Positions 37,101 to 47,115 are shown, counted from the first letter of the stretch. The stretch: 64,000 nucleotides of DNA from Hemiscyllium ocellatum (GCF_020745735.1 NC_083402.1:7130001-7194000), one strand, 5' to 3'. Translations and numbers: made by a program. Notes: generated by a model from the sequence alone, not told the origin.

Positions 37101-40100
37101 GCTCAGTCCCTCCATCATTAATGAGACATCGTTGTTGCTGAGATTCCCCACGAATCTGAATCGATTCCCACCATCCCGCTGTCTCACATTCTCACACAGC
37201 TCACCCTGGGAATGGTCTGGACCAGGATATGTACAATTAAAGATAACACCTGTGTCAGATTTAATCCATATGACGGAGCCGGTGAGTGTGAGGTGAGTGT
37301 CAGGGTGGGTGAAGCTGCAAGGTAAGACAGCGGAGCCTCCTTCCTCAGCCCTCACTTCATCCGCGATTGTCATTGACCAACCATTAAGAGAAAACACTGA
37401 GGGGAGAGAGAGAGAGAGAGGATATGAACACAGCACAAACACCAAACGGTGAAGTAAAACACTGAATCTGTTATATAGTGCGCAAAGATAACATTTCTGA
37501 CTTCTAAACTGACCTGAGACAGTGCGGATTGAGCTACAGTGTAGAGCACACAGAGGACGTCAGTACTTTGTAAACATCTTGAGGTGAGACTGTGGGTGTT
37601 TGTTGCTGTTTGTTGAAGAGAGGGTTTGGTGCCTGAGAGTTTTCTGAACTCTCCATTGTTCCAGGAGACCCAGAGTGATCTGAAGAGCAGGACTCAGGGC
37701 CCTCCCTGCAGAACCTTTTCTATTTCCCATCACCTTCTACTCTATTACCTAGCCAGCCTTCTGCAAACTCACTCATTTATTACTCGTAGCAGAGGGATGG
37801 GATATGCGGTGGAGGTACAGCAGAGGGAAATGCACAGAGAAATAAATAGGGGGAATTGGAGTAAAAAGGTAAATTCGTCATAGTCCCGGAGAACTGCTGT
37901 CTCTTAGAGAGAGATGACTGGTGGTGATATAACCTGAGGGTCATTATGCCTCAGACAAGGGGCACAGATGAGAAGGTGGGACCTTCATGGTCCCCTCAGA
38001 CAGTATGGGAATTAACCCTGCATTGTTGGCATCACTCTACACTGCAGACCAACTGTCCAGCCAACTGAGCTTACTGAGCCCAGGAAGACAATCCAAGTAA
38101 TACCAGAAGGCAGTGTGAATATTGTCAAGTGAGGGCATAAGGCAGTGTGGCATAGCTGGATGGTATTTACTTGTGAAGGCAGATGAGCTGAAGCTGTTGA
38201 TTAATGCATGGGGATGTGATATTATTGCTATCACAGAAATATAGTTGAGGGTGAGGCAGGATTGACAGCACAATGTTCCAGGGTATACAACCATGAGATG
38301 AGACCTGTAGGGGTAGGGGGAATGTAGAATAGGTAGTGGTGTTGCAACGTTTTTCAAAGAGTCAATTGCTGTAATAAGATGGATGATATCTTAGAATGTT
38401 CCTCAAGTGAGGCCACATGGTACAATGTAAAAACAAACCACCCTCTGTCTCCTCTCATCAAATCAATTTTGTATCCAATTGGCATTCTCTCCCTGACTCC
38501 CATGTGATCTAACTTTAATAATTAGTCCACCTGTGTAATCTTGACAACGGCTTTACTAAAATCCATGTAAACATCGTCTCCCCCTCTGCACTCATTGGTC
38601 TTTTTGGTTACTTCCTCAAAATCCTTTATTTAGCTTGTGGGACATGATTTCCCATGCATAAAGCCATGCTAATCAGTCCTTGCTTGTCCAAATATCTCTC
38701 AGAATTTCCCTCTAACAACTTTTCCACTACTGATGTCAGACTCAAAGGTTTGTAGTTACTAGGCATCTCCTCATAGTCTTTCTTAAATAAAGACACAAGA
38801 TTCGCCACCCTCCATTCCTCTGGCACTTCACTGCTGTTTATGGATGATACAAATATCTCTGTTCAGCGCCGCACAATTTCTTCCCTAACTTCCCACAATA
38901 TTCTGGGATACATTTGATCAGGTTCCAGGGATTTATCCACTATTATGTTTTAAGACCTTGACCATTTCCTCTTCTGTAACATGTTCTGTTTTCAAGACAT
39001 CAATATTTATTTCCCTGAGTCTCCTGGCCTTCATTTCTTTCTCCACAGTAAAAATTGGTGCAAAGTATTTGTTTACTATATCTGTCCCATCTCCTGTTGT
39101 TCTACATATAGCCAACCTTGTTGATCTTGAAGAGACCCTATTCTCTCCCTAGTTGCTCTCTGGCTCTTAATGACCTTATAGACTGTCTTTGGATTATCCT
39201 TAACCTTACTTGCCAAGGTTGCCTCATGTCCCCTTTTTTTCTCTCCTGATTTCCATCTTAAAAATGCTGCTGTATCCCTTATACTCTTCAAGAGATTTAC
39301 TTGATCGCACTTGTCAATATCTAATATATGACTCCTTCTTATTCTTGACAAAAGGCTCAACGTCTTTATTCATCAATTGTTTTCTCCTCTTACCAGCTTT
39401 ATCCTTCACTCTTGTGGTTCTGTTCGCCGAGCTGGGAATTTGTGTTGCAGACGTTTCATCCCCTGTCTAGGTGACATCCTCAGTGCTTGGGAGCCTCCTG
39501 TGATTTTTCCTCTGGCATTTGTATTGGTTTGAATCTGCCGCTTCCAGTTGTCAGTTCCAGCTGTCCGTTGCAGTGGTCGGTATATTGGGTCCAGGTCGAT
39601 GTGCTTATTGTTTGAATCTGTGGATGAGTGCCATGCCTCTAGGAATTCCCTGGCTGTTCCCTGTTTGGCTTGTCCTATAATAGTAGTGTTGTCCCAGTCG
39701 AATTCATGTTGCTTGTCATCCGCGTGTGTGGCTACTAAGGATAGCCATGAAACAACACGACCAGTATCCTTAGTAGCCACACACGCAGATGACAAGCAAC
39801 ATGAATTTGACTGGGACAACACTACTATTATAGGACAAGCCAAACAGAGAACAGCCAGGGAATTCCTAGAGACATGGCACTCATCCACAGATTGAATCAA
39901 TAAGCACATCGACCTGGACCCAATATACCGACCACTACAATGGACAGCTGGAACTGACAACTGGAAGTGGCAGATTCAAACCACTACCAATGCCGGAGGA
40001 AAGATCACAGAACCACTTCACAGGAGGCTCCCAAACACTGAGACTGTCACCTAGACAGGGGACGAAACATCTGCAACACAAATTCCCAGCTCTGCGAACA

Positions 40101-43100
40101 GAACCACAACAACGAGCACCTGAGCAACAAATCTTCTCACAAACTTTACCCTTCACGCTAACAGGAACATAGTGCCTCTGAACTCCTATTTTCTCAATTT
40201 TGAAAAGCTTCTACTTGCCAGTCATCCCTTTACCTGTGAACAGTTCTACTCCAATCAACTTTTGAAAGTTCCTGTCTCACATCATCAAAATTTGCTTTTA
40301 AGAATTTAAATTTGCCAGTGAAGAATTTTAATTTTTATATAAGTCCCAAACTTTTCTATAACTGTTTAAAAACTGATAGAATTATGACCAATGGTCCCAA
40401 AGTGCTCCTCTACCAACACTTCAGTCACTTACCTTGCCTTATTTCCCAAGAGAGTCAAACATTATTCCTTCTCCAGTATTTGCATCGATGTATTGAAAAT
40501 AATTTTTTCTTAAACACATTTTAATTTCTTACTATCCAAATCCTAAATACTATGACCATCCCAGCCTTTGTTTGTAAAGTTAAAACCCACTGCTATCAGA
40601 ACTCTATCATTCTTATATATTTATCTGGAAATGCAATCACTCAGCATATTTGCACCTCAATTCCCTCTGATTTTTGGGTGGTGAGGGATGGTGGTGGTAT
40701 TTGGTGGGGGGGGGGGCGGTGGTGCGGTTGGAGGTGCAGGTGCATATAGTACAATCCCATCAAGGTGATCATTCCTGAGGTTTCTCAGATCATAAGGGGC
40801 ATAGATAAAGTGAATAGCAAAGGTCTTTTCCTCTGGGTGGGAAAGTTCAAAACTGGGGAGTATATTTTAAAGTAAGCGGAAAAATATTTCAAAGGGACGT
40901 GAGGAGCAACATTTTCACACGGAGAGTGGTTCGTATGTGAAATGAACTGTCCAATGAAGTGCTGCATGCAGGTACAGTTACAAGATTTAAAAGACCATAA
41001 GATCATAAGACACAGGAACAGAAATTAGGCCATTCAGACCATCATGTCTGCTGCACCATTCAATCATGGATATGCACATCAATAGGAAAGGTTGAGAGGG
41101 AGATAGATCAAATGCAGGTAAATGGGAATAGTTCTGTTTGGGAATCTTGGTAAGCATGGACAAGTTGAACCAAAACCTGTTTTCATGCTGTATGACTCAA
41201 GGACTTGATAACTATAAAACAGGTACAATCCTTATCAACCCCCCCAAACCAAAAAGGAGAGGTAGAAAGACAGAAATGGAAGCAAATCTCAGAGAACTGG
41301 AAAAATAATAAGGTAATAACACAAGGTGATACCAAATTCCCCAATATTCAATTGGATAGACAACTAAAAATTGAAAGCTTAGAGGGACTAGAATTCTTAA
41401 AATATATCCAGGAGAGATTTTTAAGCCAGCACACGGAGATTCAGATAAGAGACGGGGTGATGCTAGATCAAATTTTAGGGCACTGCAGGAGAATGGTTGA
41501 TGTGTCAGTAAGGAGCATTTCAATGATAGTGACTATGATTTTGGTAGATTTCAGGTAATTAGACATGAGGACAAAGTTGTGTTTGGGCAGAAGGCTGATT
41601 TTAATAAGATGGGATCTGGTCAAAGTTGGTTGGAAGCAGCTACCTGAAGGATTGGAAAAAGGAAGAAAGGAAGGTTATGGGAGGTACTGAGTTGTGAAAA
41701 CACCAGATGTCCTCAGAGTATAGAAAGTACAGAGGATCAGTCAAGAAGAAACTGGGAGAGCAAAGAGAGGACGAAATAAAATACTATTAGGTAATATTTA
41801 GGTAAACCTGAGGGAATGTCATGTGTATTTAGGGGCAAGAGAATAACCAGGGATATTAGGGACCAGAATGGCAATCTATTCATTAGGCCAAAGTAATAGG
41901 TGATGTTTCAAAATAAAATTGCACATCTGTATTCAGTACAGAGACAAGTAGAAAGTAGGTGCAAAAATCAAGGATGGGAATTGTAATAAGTGTGAACAAG
42001 GTAGCAGATAGAAGTTAGAAAAATTAATGGTTTTATCAGGCTTGAAAATGGCTAAATTCCCAGGTTCAGTTGAGATATAACCCAGGCTGTATGTGGGACA
42101 AGGGAAGAGAATCCAGTGGTCTGATATTAATTTTCAAATCCTCTCCGGCCACAGGAGCGCTGAAGGACAGCTAATGTGGTACTATTGTTCAAGAAAGGTG
42201 GTAATGATAAACCAAAAAACTACAGGCTAGTGAGGTGAACATCAATGGTGGGAAAACTATTGGAAACAATTTGGAGGAACAGAATGAACCACTACCTTAA
42301 GCATTAAGGGTTAATCAAGGATAACTAGCATGGCTTTGTAAAGGAATTGGGATTTGATTGAATTTTCAAGGATGTATCTCAGTATGTGGATGAGAGTAAC
42401 ACAATTGATATGGTCTACATGGACTCCAGTAAACTTCACTTAAGGCTGTCTTGCACACTTGACTTTCTGCACATTCATCAGATAGGATTCTGTCTGTTCC
42501 TCCATGAAACACGTTAACATAAACAAATTCAGTGATTCTTTCTAGCCTTCCTTCTTGGAGTAGTGAAACAGTTTCAGACTTATTTTCAGCTCTAGTGGTC
42601 TGGAGAATTTTTTCCAAATCTCAACCTGGAGACTTCTATAAATTCTTTTTTAAAAAAATGTATTTCTGCTGGTTTGACTTCTGTTCTTTTGAACTCTATC
42701 TACTAGTGGTAATTAACCATCTGTTCCAATAGGCTGTAAAGCTCAAATTTATAAATGCTCATCAATTAACTCGCAACATTTTTTAACACTTAGCTATAGG
42801 GACATACTTTGTCAGATAGGCTGTCTTTACTTCACTGTTCCAGATCATATTCTGACCCCTTCTTTTTAAAAAGAAATCACTTTCACAGAACTGAAAACTA
42901 AAATCTATTTCCCTCTACTTTTGAATCCAAGTTCTGAATTAATAATAATATTTTTTAAACTTCCATCACACGGTGCCCTCTGGCTCTTCATCTCCTCATG
43001 AGTGGATTTGATCTCTCTCCATCTACACCATCCTGGCCACTCATAATTTTAAACATATCAGTCAAATCTTCTCCCAGCCTTTCCTTCGGCCCAGATCCAT

Positions 43101-46100
43101 TCTTAACCCAGTTATATAATGACGTCTCATTATTTTGATGTCTCTAATTGTGCAATTCGCCACAAGAGGAGACATTCTGTCTGTATCCACTCTATCCAAA
43201 GGTTGCACCATTTGGAATATCTCTGTCAGATTATCCCTTCATTGTGCTCTTCTCTTCAATGCAAAAGTAATAGACATGCACAGGATCGGTGAAACAATAA
43301 TGTGTGTTTTTGTTTGAGCGGAGTATTTTGATTTACTGGAAGGGATTCCAGCATCACTCCTTTTGACTCTGATCTCCAGCATCTGCAGTCCTCATTTTCT
43401 CCTCAGCAACATTTATTGTCAATCTGACTTCTGTTCTGCTGCTTCAGACTGTCAAATAAGTCATGGAACCAATCCATTATATCCTGACAGTTGTATGTAA
43501 TGATTGGCAACAATTTAAGGTGCATCCACTTAAGGATTATGTTGTCACTACATTTTCTATGCAATGAATGTGAAAATTGACTCCCCACCTCCCCTTAAAG
43601 GGTCATCTAGTGAATTAGAGCCCACTGGTGGGGCCCTGAATAGACTGAAGTTGCTGAATAGACTGATATGACTTGAACCCAGAGCTCTGCGTAGCATGTA
43701 CACTCTCCACTTGCCCACAAATATGTCCTACAAATTGAACGGGACAGAATTAAATGAAGCTCAATATCAATGTCACTGAGCTCACCAAGACCATAATACA
43801 GGTTTCCCATGACAACCTCACAAACCTCCCTCTTTTACAGCGCATTAAGTAACAATGCTGAAGCCAGAAGCAGCGAAACCTAAAGACACTGGAGAAGCTG
43901 CAAAAAAAAAGATTGAATGGAATATACCAGATTGGAATGATTCACAAGGAGATGCCAAGAGGGAAGATTGTTAGTTCTGGATTAGTGGTGCTGGCAAAGC
44001 ACAGCAGTTCAGGCAGCATCCAAGGAGCAGTAAAATTGATGTTTCGGGCAGAAGCCCTTCATCAGGAATACAGGCAGAGTGCCTGAAGGGTGGAGAGATA
44101 AGTGAGAGGAGGGTGGGGGTGGGGAGAAAGTAGAATAGAGTACAACAGGTGAGTGGGGGTGGGGATGAATGTGATAGGTCAAGGAGGAGGGTGGGGGAAG
44201 GTAGCAAAGAGTACAATGGGTAGATGGGGGTGGGATAAAGGTAATAGATCAGAGAGGAGGGTGGAGTGGATAGGTGGAAAAGAAGATAGGCAGGGGGACA
44301 GTGCTGAGCTGGAAGTTTGGAACTGGGGTGAGGTGGAGGAAGGGGAAATGAGGAAACTGTTGAAGTCCACATTGATGCCCTGGGGTTGAAGTGTTCCGAG
44401 GCGGAAGATGAGGCGTTCTTCCTCCAGGCGTCTGGTGGTGAGGGAGCGGCAGTGAAGGAGGCCCAGGACCTCCATGTCCTTGGCAGAGTAGGAGAGAGAG
44501 TTGAAATGTTGGGCCACAGGGCGGTGTGGTTGATTGGTGCAGGTGTCCCAGAGATGTTCCCTAAAGCGCTCTGCTCTCTGGGACACCCGCACCAATCAAC
44601 CACACCGCCCTGTGACCCAACATTTCAACTCCCCCTCCCACTCTACTACTCTCTCACCACCTGACGTCTGGAGGAAGACTTCCTCATCTTATGCCTCAGA
44701 ACACTTCAACCCCAGGGCATCAATGCAGACTTCACCAGTTTCCTCATTTCCCCTTCCTCCACCTCACCCCAGTTCCAAACTTCCAGCTCAGCACCATCCC
44801 CATGACTTGTCCTACCTGCCTATCTTCTTTTCCACCTATCCACTCCACTCTCCTCTCTGGCCTATCACCTTCATCCCACCCCCATCCAGCCATTGTACTC
44901 TTTGCTACCTTCCCCCACCCTCCTCCCTGACCTATCACCTTCATCCCCTCCCCCACTCACCTATTGTACTCTATGCTACTTTCTCCCCACCCCCACCCTC
45001 CTCTCACTTATCTCTCCATCCTTCAGGCACTCTGCCTGTATTCCTGATGAAGGGCTTTTGCCCGAAATGTCGATTTTACTGCTCCTCGGATGCTGCCTGC
45101 ACTGCTGTGCTTTGCCTGCACCACTAATCCAGAATCTGGTATCCAGCATCTGCAGTCATTGTTTTTAGCTGGAAATTTTTTGGGACAAAGCTACCTATTG
45201 AAGTAGTGAAAAAAGACAGAAACAAATTCATTGGTCAGCAATTGCACTGAAAACTTAAGATTCTGCATGATTCAAACAACACAAACAATTTTCAACAATA
45301 GGGAAGCCATGGCGTAGCTGTATTATCAAGTGGTAAGACATCTAAAGATTCTGGTCATGCTCTAGGGAATGGGGTTCAAAGCCCACCATGGACTTTTTTT
45401 TGTTAAATTTCTGGAATTAACAGTCCCATGGTGATTGTAATCTCAAGGAAAGGAAATCTGTTATTCTTACCTAATGGTTTCACATGTGACTCCAGATCCA
45501 TAGTAATGCAGGTGACTCTGAACTGCCCTATGGGCAGTTAGGAAGGAACAATGAATGTTCCAGCCAGTGACAACTCCATCGCATGAATGAATGATAAAAA
45601 CAATGAGTCCATGGGAGGTGATAAGACTAAACCCATCTTGTCCTCAGAATTCAGGGAATTCCTGACAATGAGCTCCAAATGTGAGAAAGTTTTCTGGAAG
45701 ATTGTGGAGAGGACAGGCTCATTTACATTCAAAAGTCACAAATTCAGGAGGCACCTTTTTAATCAATGGAGCAGTCAGTAACCAGGGATTACAGATTTAA
45801 GGTCAGAGATAGCAAGTAGGAGGAGAGTTGAGGAGATACTTTTTCACACAGAGAGTAATAAGAATCTGGCACTGACTGCCGGAAAGGGTGCTTTTTTTTT
45901 AGAAACATGAGGAACATTTAAGCAGTATTTAGGTATTCAGTTGAGTTTCCATTTGCTTCTTCAGTAGCTTGCTCCTCTCATTTCTTTTTGATTTTTAAAC
46001 CAATTGAATCCCACCTCCCACCCAACCCTACCTGAATAATTAATTTAAAGCCTTCAATAAGTTGGTAAGAAGGCAACTGGATCAAGAGCTGCATTATGGA

Positions 46101-46917
46101 AGAACTATCGTGAGATATTTGTTGTCTGACCCAGACATGATGGTCCAAACAGCCTCTTTTTATGCTGTAAGTGTCCAAAAATCCATGAATTTACAATGAA
46201 ACCTTGAAGGAATGAACCTTCATACTAGGAATAGTTAATTATTGGTTGGTTAACAGTAATTAATACTCATCATACTGATAAAAGAGCATTGAAGATGAAA
46301 TAGATAAGATTTAGCATTCTACGCTGCATTTAACTTATATCTTCCAGAGAAATGCTGCAACTTCACATCATTCAATAAATCTCAATGATCAGCCAACTAT
46401 AGGGTTTGGCGACATCCAGTAGCAAATTTTGCCTCTCTGTTTTCTGTATTTGCAGTATTATTTGTAAGAAATAGAGACAAATGTCTTTAGATTCATTATT
46501 ATTACTTCTCAGTCAGTTTTGCCCCAGCATATCCTTGAACCTTGGTTGTGTCTGCAGTATTCTGCATCTCCCCTCACTCTGTGGAAAGTCACATGAGTTT
46601 CTGTGGGCTCTGTCCCGTTTGAGCTCTGATGGGAATGTTTTGGCAGATTCAGGTAAGTGATGTTATCCTGCTTTATTATTTTGTAAAGCAAATGATTTCT
46701 CCCTGACAAAGAAACCACCGTGAAGGAAAAGGCACATCATGCTAAGCAGTAACAGGTTTGGGAATTAAATACCAGATAGCAGATGAAATATCCAGGAGGA
46801 GGCAATTACATGATTGAAAAAATGGATTTGAAAGGTCCGTATTAGAAAGCACTTACTGCGACCCTGCACCGAGACTGAGACGAGCACTCCAGAAAGATAA
46901 ACATAGAGAGACTTCAT
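7120..46917 (-). CDS. Assembled gene model: five-V-set-domain Siglec-15-like type I membrane receptor (L-A1-B1-A2-A3-B2-TM-cyt), 699 aa if the 7120-7150 exon is terminal
   Basis: Nine exons with canonical AG/GT sites and compatible phases sum to 2100 nt with no internal stop. Connectivity is inferred: only one convincing leader and one TM exon were seen. Confidence 0.65.
8285..8324 (-). CDS. Cytoplasmic exon (G)FSRQIELTTFSR(ag)
   Basis: Strong acceptor cacttttgtctctttag|, donor aag|gtaggg, 40 nt, phase 1 to 2, open in the TM frame. Confidence 0.6.
8811..9106 (+). mobile_element. HE1-like V-SINE (tRNA-derived head)
   Basis: tggttagcac A-box, ggttcaattcc B-box, V-core ttctccccgtgtctgcgtgg. 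Confidence 0.85.
9533..9734 (+). mobile_element. Penelope-derived palindromic mini-element with degenerate hammerhead core; 15-bp TSD
   Basis: ctgctcaaacacaga at 9518-9532 and 9735-9749; internal inverted arms; ctgatgaagggc..gaaac at 9653. Confidence 0.8.
10020..11020. mobile_element. CR1 fragments in both orientations
   Basis: ORF 10781-11071(-) LLQLYRALVRPYLEYCV; 10512-10694(-) MRRNSFTQ. Confidence 0.8.
11902..12009 (-). CDS. Transmembrane exon (V)KKTEPTTVYPLAMPLLIILLIIINVIICITFRKTG
   Basis: Acceptor ttcttgctgttttacag|, donor gag|gtgggt, 108 nt, phase 1-1. Hydrophobic run followed by an RK stop-transfer. Too short to appear in the ORF track. Confidence 0.88.
12760..14610 (+). mobile_element. 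Old CR1 LINE interrupted by a younger CR1
   Basis: ORF 13743-14090 KCAGPDRLYPRAL..WRVANVV; RT motifs downstream with stops. Confidence 0.8.
13165..13760 (+). mobile_element. Young 5'-truncated CR1 with intact ORF2 C-terminus and (TTCTATG)n tail
   Basis: 173-aa ORF LYKTLVRPHLEYCVQFWSP..FFTQRVV..WN.LP; tail ttctatgttctatgttctatg. Confidence 0.92.
14660..15153. mobile_element. Penelope-like (GIY-YIG) inverted 3' fragments forming a hairpin; 12-bp TSD; hammerhead cores on both strands
   Basis: actgtagaagct at 14648-14659 and 15154-15165; empty site in the duplicate at ~32908; WHSSTNSINKPIDLDP; CTGATGA..GAAACGT at 15080-15112. Confidence 0.9.
15358..15711 (-). CDS. Ig V-set exon B2 (near-identical paralog of B1)
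   Basis: Acceptor cctttcctcag|, donor ctg|gtaaga, 354 nt, phase 1-1. Confidence 0.92.
18060..19938 (+). mobile_element. L2-clade LINE, 5'-truncated, degraded RT
   Basis: ORF 18469-19227 KAMGSDG..YYPVALTS..LIDYNSAFN..KFAND; ends aataaattcaattcaattc; absent from the duplicate at ~36145. Confidence 0.9.
20713..21096 (-). CDS. Ig V-set exon A3, Siglec-15-like, Arg>Cys (FYRCCVEF)
   Basis: Acceptor tttcccccctacag|, donor ag|gtgagg, 384 nt, phase 1-1, open frame. Confidence 0.93.
21729..21947 (+). mobile_element. Penelope-derived palindromic mini-element, intact hammerhead core; 13-bp TSD
   Basis: tcactccacattg at 21716-21728 and 21948-21960; 90-bp arms 21767-21947 centred on 21857; empty site in the duplicate at ~38030. 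Confidence 0.9.
22480..27200. mobile_element. Nest of CR1 fragments in both orientations, with a half hairpin element at ~25070-25155
   Basis: ORFs 24315-24611(-) VVMGDFNFP, 25657-26085(-) QHGFLRGRSCL..DFSKVFDKIPH..GVPQG. Confidence 0.8.
27705..28088 (-). CDS. Ig V-set exon A2, Siglec-15-like, essential Arg retained (SYLCRVEL)
   Basis: Acceptor (ct)n..cacttcacag|, donor aag|gtgagg, 384 nt, phase 1-1. Arg codon CGT at 27763-27765. Confidence 0.93.
28101..28172. repeat. (GA)n microsatellite forming the (CT)n polypyrimidine tract of exon A2
   Basis: Read directly, immediately 5' of the A2 acceptor on the minus strand. Confidence 0.9.
31532..31908. repeat. Two diverged ~190-bp direct repeats of Penelope-like sequence
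   Basis: gggtcatttttgtgtacaga..gccatgcattgccat.tgcatagag occurs twice in tandem. Confidence 0.7.
31914..32115 (-). mobile_element. Penelope-derived palindromic mini-element (reverse orientation); 12-bp TSD
   Basis: catagagtgtga at 31902-31913 and 32116-32127; inverted arms ctggaaaagcgcagcagg / cctgctgcgcttttccag. Confidence 0.85.
33116..33469 (-). CDS. Ig V-set exon B1 (divergent V domain, 3 Cys)
   Basis: Acceptor cctttcctcag|, donor ctg|gtaaga, 354 nt, phase 1-1. VTLPC, TW, RYELIGNPEEGNAS, D..TYLC motifs. Confidence 0.92.
33728..34048 (-). mobile_element. Young HE1-like V-SINE with (TAAGTC)n tail
   Basis: CpG-rich; attct flanks at 33723-33727 and 34049-34053; absent from the duplicate at ~15990. 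Confidence 0.92.
37013..37396 (-). CDS. Ig V-set exon A1, Siglec-15-like, essential Arg replaced by Cys (FYRCCVEL)
   Basis: Acceptor ctctcccctcag|, donor ag|gtgagg, 384 nt, phase 1-1. WSMT..VLPCSFTHP..FNC..ELC..RFRFVGN..NDVSL..YRCCVE matches the Siglec-15 V-set pattern WSM..VLPCTFTHP..FRC..ELC..RFRLLGN..NDLSL..YFCRVEF (from memory). Confidence 0.93.
38430..40500 (-). mobile_element. Degraded CR1 interrupted by a Penelope hairpin
   Basis: ORF 38626-38826(-) WRVANLVSLFKK..YKPLSLTSVV. Confidence 0.8.
39410..40143. mobile_element. Penelope-like GIY-YIG inverted fragments (hairpin, loop 39744-39764); ~13-bp TSD
   Basis: ctttatccttcac 39397-39409 vs ctttacccttcac 40144-40156; SLVATHADDKQHEFDWDNTTII on both strands. 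Confidence 0.88.
40770..43300. mobile_element. Highly degraded CR1 fragments
   Basis: CR1 3' tails and endonuclease-like remnants (ORF 41205-41558). Confidence 0.6.
43972..45165. mobile_element. Penelope-like inverted 3' fragments, ~1.17-kb hairpin (loop 44555-44574)
   Basis: QHFNS..RRLEEERLIFRLGTLQPQGINVDFNSF on both strands; hammerhead cores at ~44040-44066(-) and 45044(+). Confidence 0.9.
46857..46917 (-). CDS. Signal-peptide exon MKSLYVYLSGVLVSVSVQGR(a)
   Basis: ATG with A at -3 (ataATGa), hydrophobic core ending VQG, strong donor gca|gtaagt in phase 1, matching the phase-1 V exons. Confidence 0.7.
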
Positions 46918-46989
46918 TATCAACACTTCAGTGTTTCATCCTCTTCACTTACTTACTCTTGTACTTTTACAGAAAAATACAGAAGTTAC

Positions 46990-47115
46990 TTGGGTTCCTG
47001 TACACTATTGAAAAAATGTTGATCAGAACCAGAAATGGGAAGTCTCTGTATGGTCAGTAACAGCTGAGAGAATGACATAACTGTGTGAAACTGAGGCAGC
47101 AACCACAACAACCTT
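46990..47115 (-). promoter_or_regulatory. Putative promoter of the receptor gene: ETS/PU.1-like, E-box and RUNX motifs
   Basis: + strand GGGAAGT ~47037-47043, CAGCTG 47061-47066, AACCACA 47101-47107, 120-190 nt upstream of the ATG. Short motifs that could occur by chance. Confidence 0.3.

Larger units (their letters stand above)
32880..38572. repeat. Intragenic duplication, copy 2 (A1 + intron + B1 unit)
   Basis: Collinear with 14615-22503 once copy-specific insertions are removed. Confidence 0.9.

Noticed and set aside
40428-40470. Perfect minus-strand donor caag|gtaagt
   Set aside because: Lies within CR1 endonuclease-derived sequence, with a stop right after the ATG.
42366-42617. ORF containing FVYVNV, a possible Tyr motif
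   Set aside because: No convincing splice sites; runs into CR1 sequence; likely chance.
43786-43810. Alternative leader MGNLYYGL(g)|gtgagc
   Set aside because: Correct phase but too short and not hydrophobic; 46857-46917 is much better.
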